NCBI GenBank assembly: GCA_054661495.1
Contig: BAAFSQ010000015.1
Coordinates: 48,087-80,086, forward strand
Source: Zygophlyctis sp. KS116
Lineage: Eukaryota > Fungi > Chytridiomycota
DNA: 32,000 bases
Direction of reading: 5' to 3'
Below are positions 30,506-32,000 of the stretch, piece by piece. Position 1 is the stretch's first letter. The number at the start of each line of letters is the position of its first letter. The position numbers and the translations under genes were made by a program. The notes beneath the pieces were generated by a model. It was not told where the DNA came from. It saw only the letters and a program-made list of their open reading frames with translations, and did not search any database.

Positions 30506-31990
30506 CTAGATCAACACATCCGTGACGGTGGGATAAGGTATCAATATAGCCCATTGGTCAATCTTCATTGGTTTTTTTTTGGTAAAAGAGCTGTAAGAGC
30601 AAGGATGTAATATCCAAAACAACTTATTCTTAAGTTTAGATAAATCATCACAGCATTTGAGATTGATTTCGTGCGATTTTGCAATGGTCATTTGAAAACC
30701 ACCAACATTAGGAATCCAGGCATCGAGCCCTGTGTAAATTTTACTTTTAGGCACATAGATTTGGTCTGCAATATGTTTGCGCGACACTTTTTCAACTACT
30801 ATTGGTTTTGACGGATTGATAGTTATAGTTGTTTCTTCAGGCTTCTCTTTGCTTTTTCCACCCACCAATTTATGACATTGAAATGTTCCTCCCTCAGCCA
30901 GCTTTTCAATGGCATATGGTTCAAAAATATATCCTAACAAAGCGCCAGCCAGAGTTTGTCCTTCACATGACCCCAAAAGCTCTCTCATCTTGGCTATGGC
31001 TTCCATTCCCTTTCTTCTAGCGATAATATCAAGAGCTGTTTTTGATGCAAAAGAAACAGAACAATCTGTATACGGAGAAATAGAGTTAATGTGTATCAAG
31101 CAATGAATTATCTTTGATTTTCCAGTAATTTCCGAGTTTGGTCCAATTCTCCTGATGCATTCTTGAAGGGTAACATCAGAGCAAGCTTTTTCAAGAATAA
31201 CTCTGGGTTCCTGACTCGTGTTTTCAAACACAAATCTAGGAATTCCACCGAGGATTCTGAAGCGGTCAATCCATTTCACTTTAGCAGGCACATTAAAAAA
31301 CTGTGCGATTTCCTCCAATTCTGCTTCATTCCAAATAGGCATATAACAGTATAAAGGCTCTGGATTTTTTTTGAAATCGTTTACTAATTGTCTTCTTGGC
31401 GAGCTTGATATAACAAACATACATTGATCGTATCTGAAATCATGAAGATGAATATCTTTTTTTTGTTTTGCATCAAACAAGCACCACAAATCAAGAGTCC
31501 AAAAATCATCATCCCTGAATAATTCTTTTTCATCAACCTTAAAAACTCCGCCTTGGCCATCATAATATATGGTGTATGGATGATGCACAAAAAGAACTCT
31601 CTTTCCTTCCTTAACTAAAACCCACAAGAGATAAAAGAGAAACAATGATTTTCCAATTCCTGGGGTCCCAGTTACTATAGCCTTATTCCTTTTGGAAATA
31701 ATATTCGCTTTCATGCCAGTGTGAAGCGCCAGTATATTTCGATTAATAACTTTATAACTTTCTCTAATGTAGATATTTTTCATATCAAAACTCGATGGAA
31801 TAGAGTTCTGAAACAAAAGATGTCCATTTTCTTCCTTGGCAGCCGTCAAGTTATTGAAAAATGAAACTATACAAGGTGTAAATGTAAGATTAGAAGGAAC
31901 AAATGATGGGACTACAACAATAAGTGAATCCTCTTCACTTTCTCCCAGACCGCCAAGCTGGCAAGAAGCCTTTAGTGGCTCTTCCTTTGT
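30506..31990 (-). CDS. Crinkler (CRN)/RHS-type protein: header motif, P-loop NTPase and REase-fold domain (5' end outside window)
   Basis: Frame is open to 31990 and includes EEPLK..LGESEEDSLIVVVP (HVLVVVP-like). Also VTGTPGIGKSLF, LFDAK, SSSPR, YMPIWNEAEL, RFRILGGIPRFVF, GYIFE and GLDAW..FQMTIAKSHEI. Preceded by a probable TAG acceptor at 31991-31993. Confidence 0.85.
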   Translation of the reverse strand, partial: TKEEPLKASCQLGGLGESEEDSLIVVVPSFVPSNLTFTPCIVSFFNNLTAAKEENGHLLFQNSIPSSFDMKNIYIRESYKVINRNILALHTGMKANIISKRNKAIVTGTPGIGKSLFLFYLLWVLVKEGKRVLFVHHPYTIYYDGQGGVFKVDEKELFRDDDFWTLDLWCLFDAKQKKDIHLHDFRYDQCMFVISSSPRRQLVNDFKKNPEPLYCYMPIWNEAELEEIAQFFNVPAKVKWIDRFRILGGIPRFVFENTSQEPRVILEKACSDVTLQECIRRIGPNSEITGKSKIIHCLIHINSISPYTDCSVSFASKTALDIIARRKGMEAIAKMRELLGSCEGQTLAGALLGYIFEPYAIEKLAEGGTFQCHKLVGGKSKEKPEETTITINPSKPIVVEKVSRKHIADQIYVPKSKIYTGLDAWIPNVGGFQMTIAKSHEINLKCCDDLSKLKNKLFWILHPCSYSSFTKKKPMKIDQWAILIPYPTVTDVLI

Positions 31991-32000
31991 CTAAGATCAT

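Overview
AT-rich, extremely gene-dense eukaryotic nuclear DNA, most likely from a zoosporic (chytrid-type) fungus. This is an inference from fungal-type Thp3, Mfg1/LDB, YAT permease and Cat2 occurring together with Spindly, RNF32, full-length ZGRF1, cobalamin adenosyltransferase and Crinkler genes. I reconstruct 27 genes plus an isocitrate lyase pseudogene, almost all in alternating orientation. Divergent start codons lie as close as 15-33 bp, and convergent stop codons touch or overlap. The fragmented ORF track is explained by ultra-short GT-AG spliceosomal introns. Of 40 introns placed by hand, 39 are 24-34 nt (mode 26) and one is an 88-nt hairpin-containing outlier. Other highlights: a hidden upstream micro-exon giving carnitine acetyltransferase a mitochondrial presequence in addition to its PTS1; a complete Spindly (CC1 box, Spindly motif, CaaX); a pair of intronless, catalytically degenerate Crinkler-type domains; and a Crinkler NTPase-nuclease gene abutting the decayed ICL. 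All gene models and homology calls were made by eye; no searches were run.
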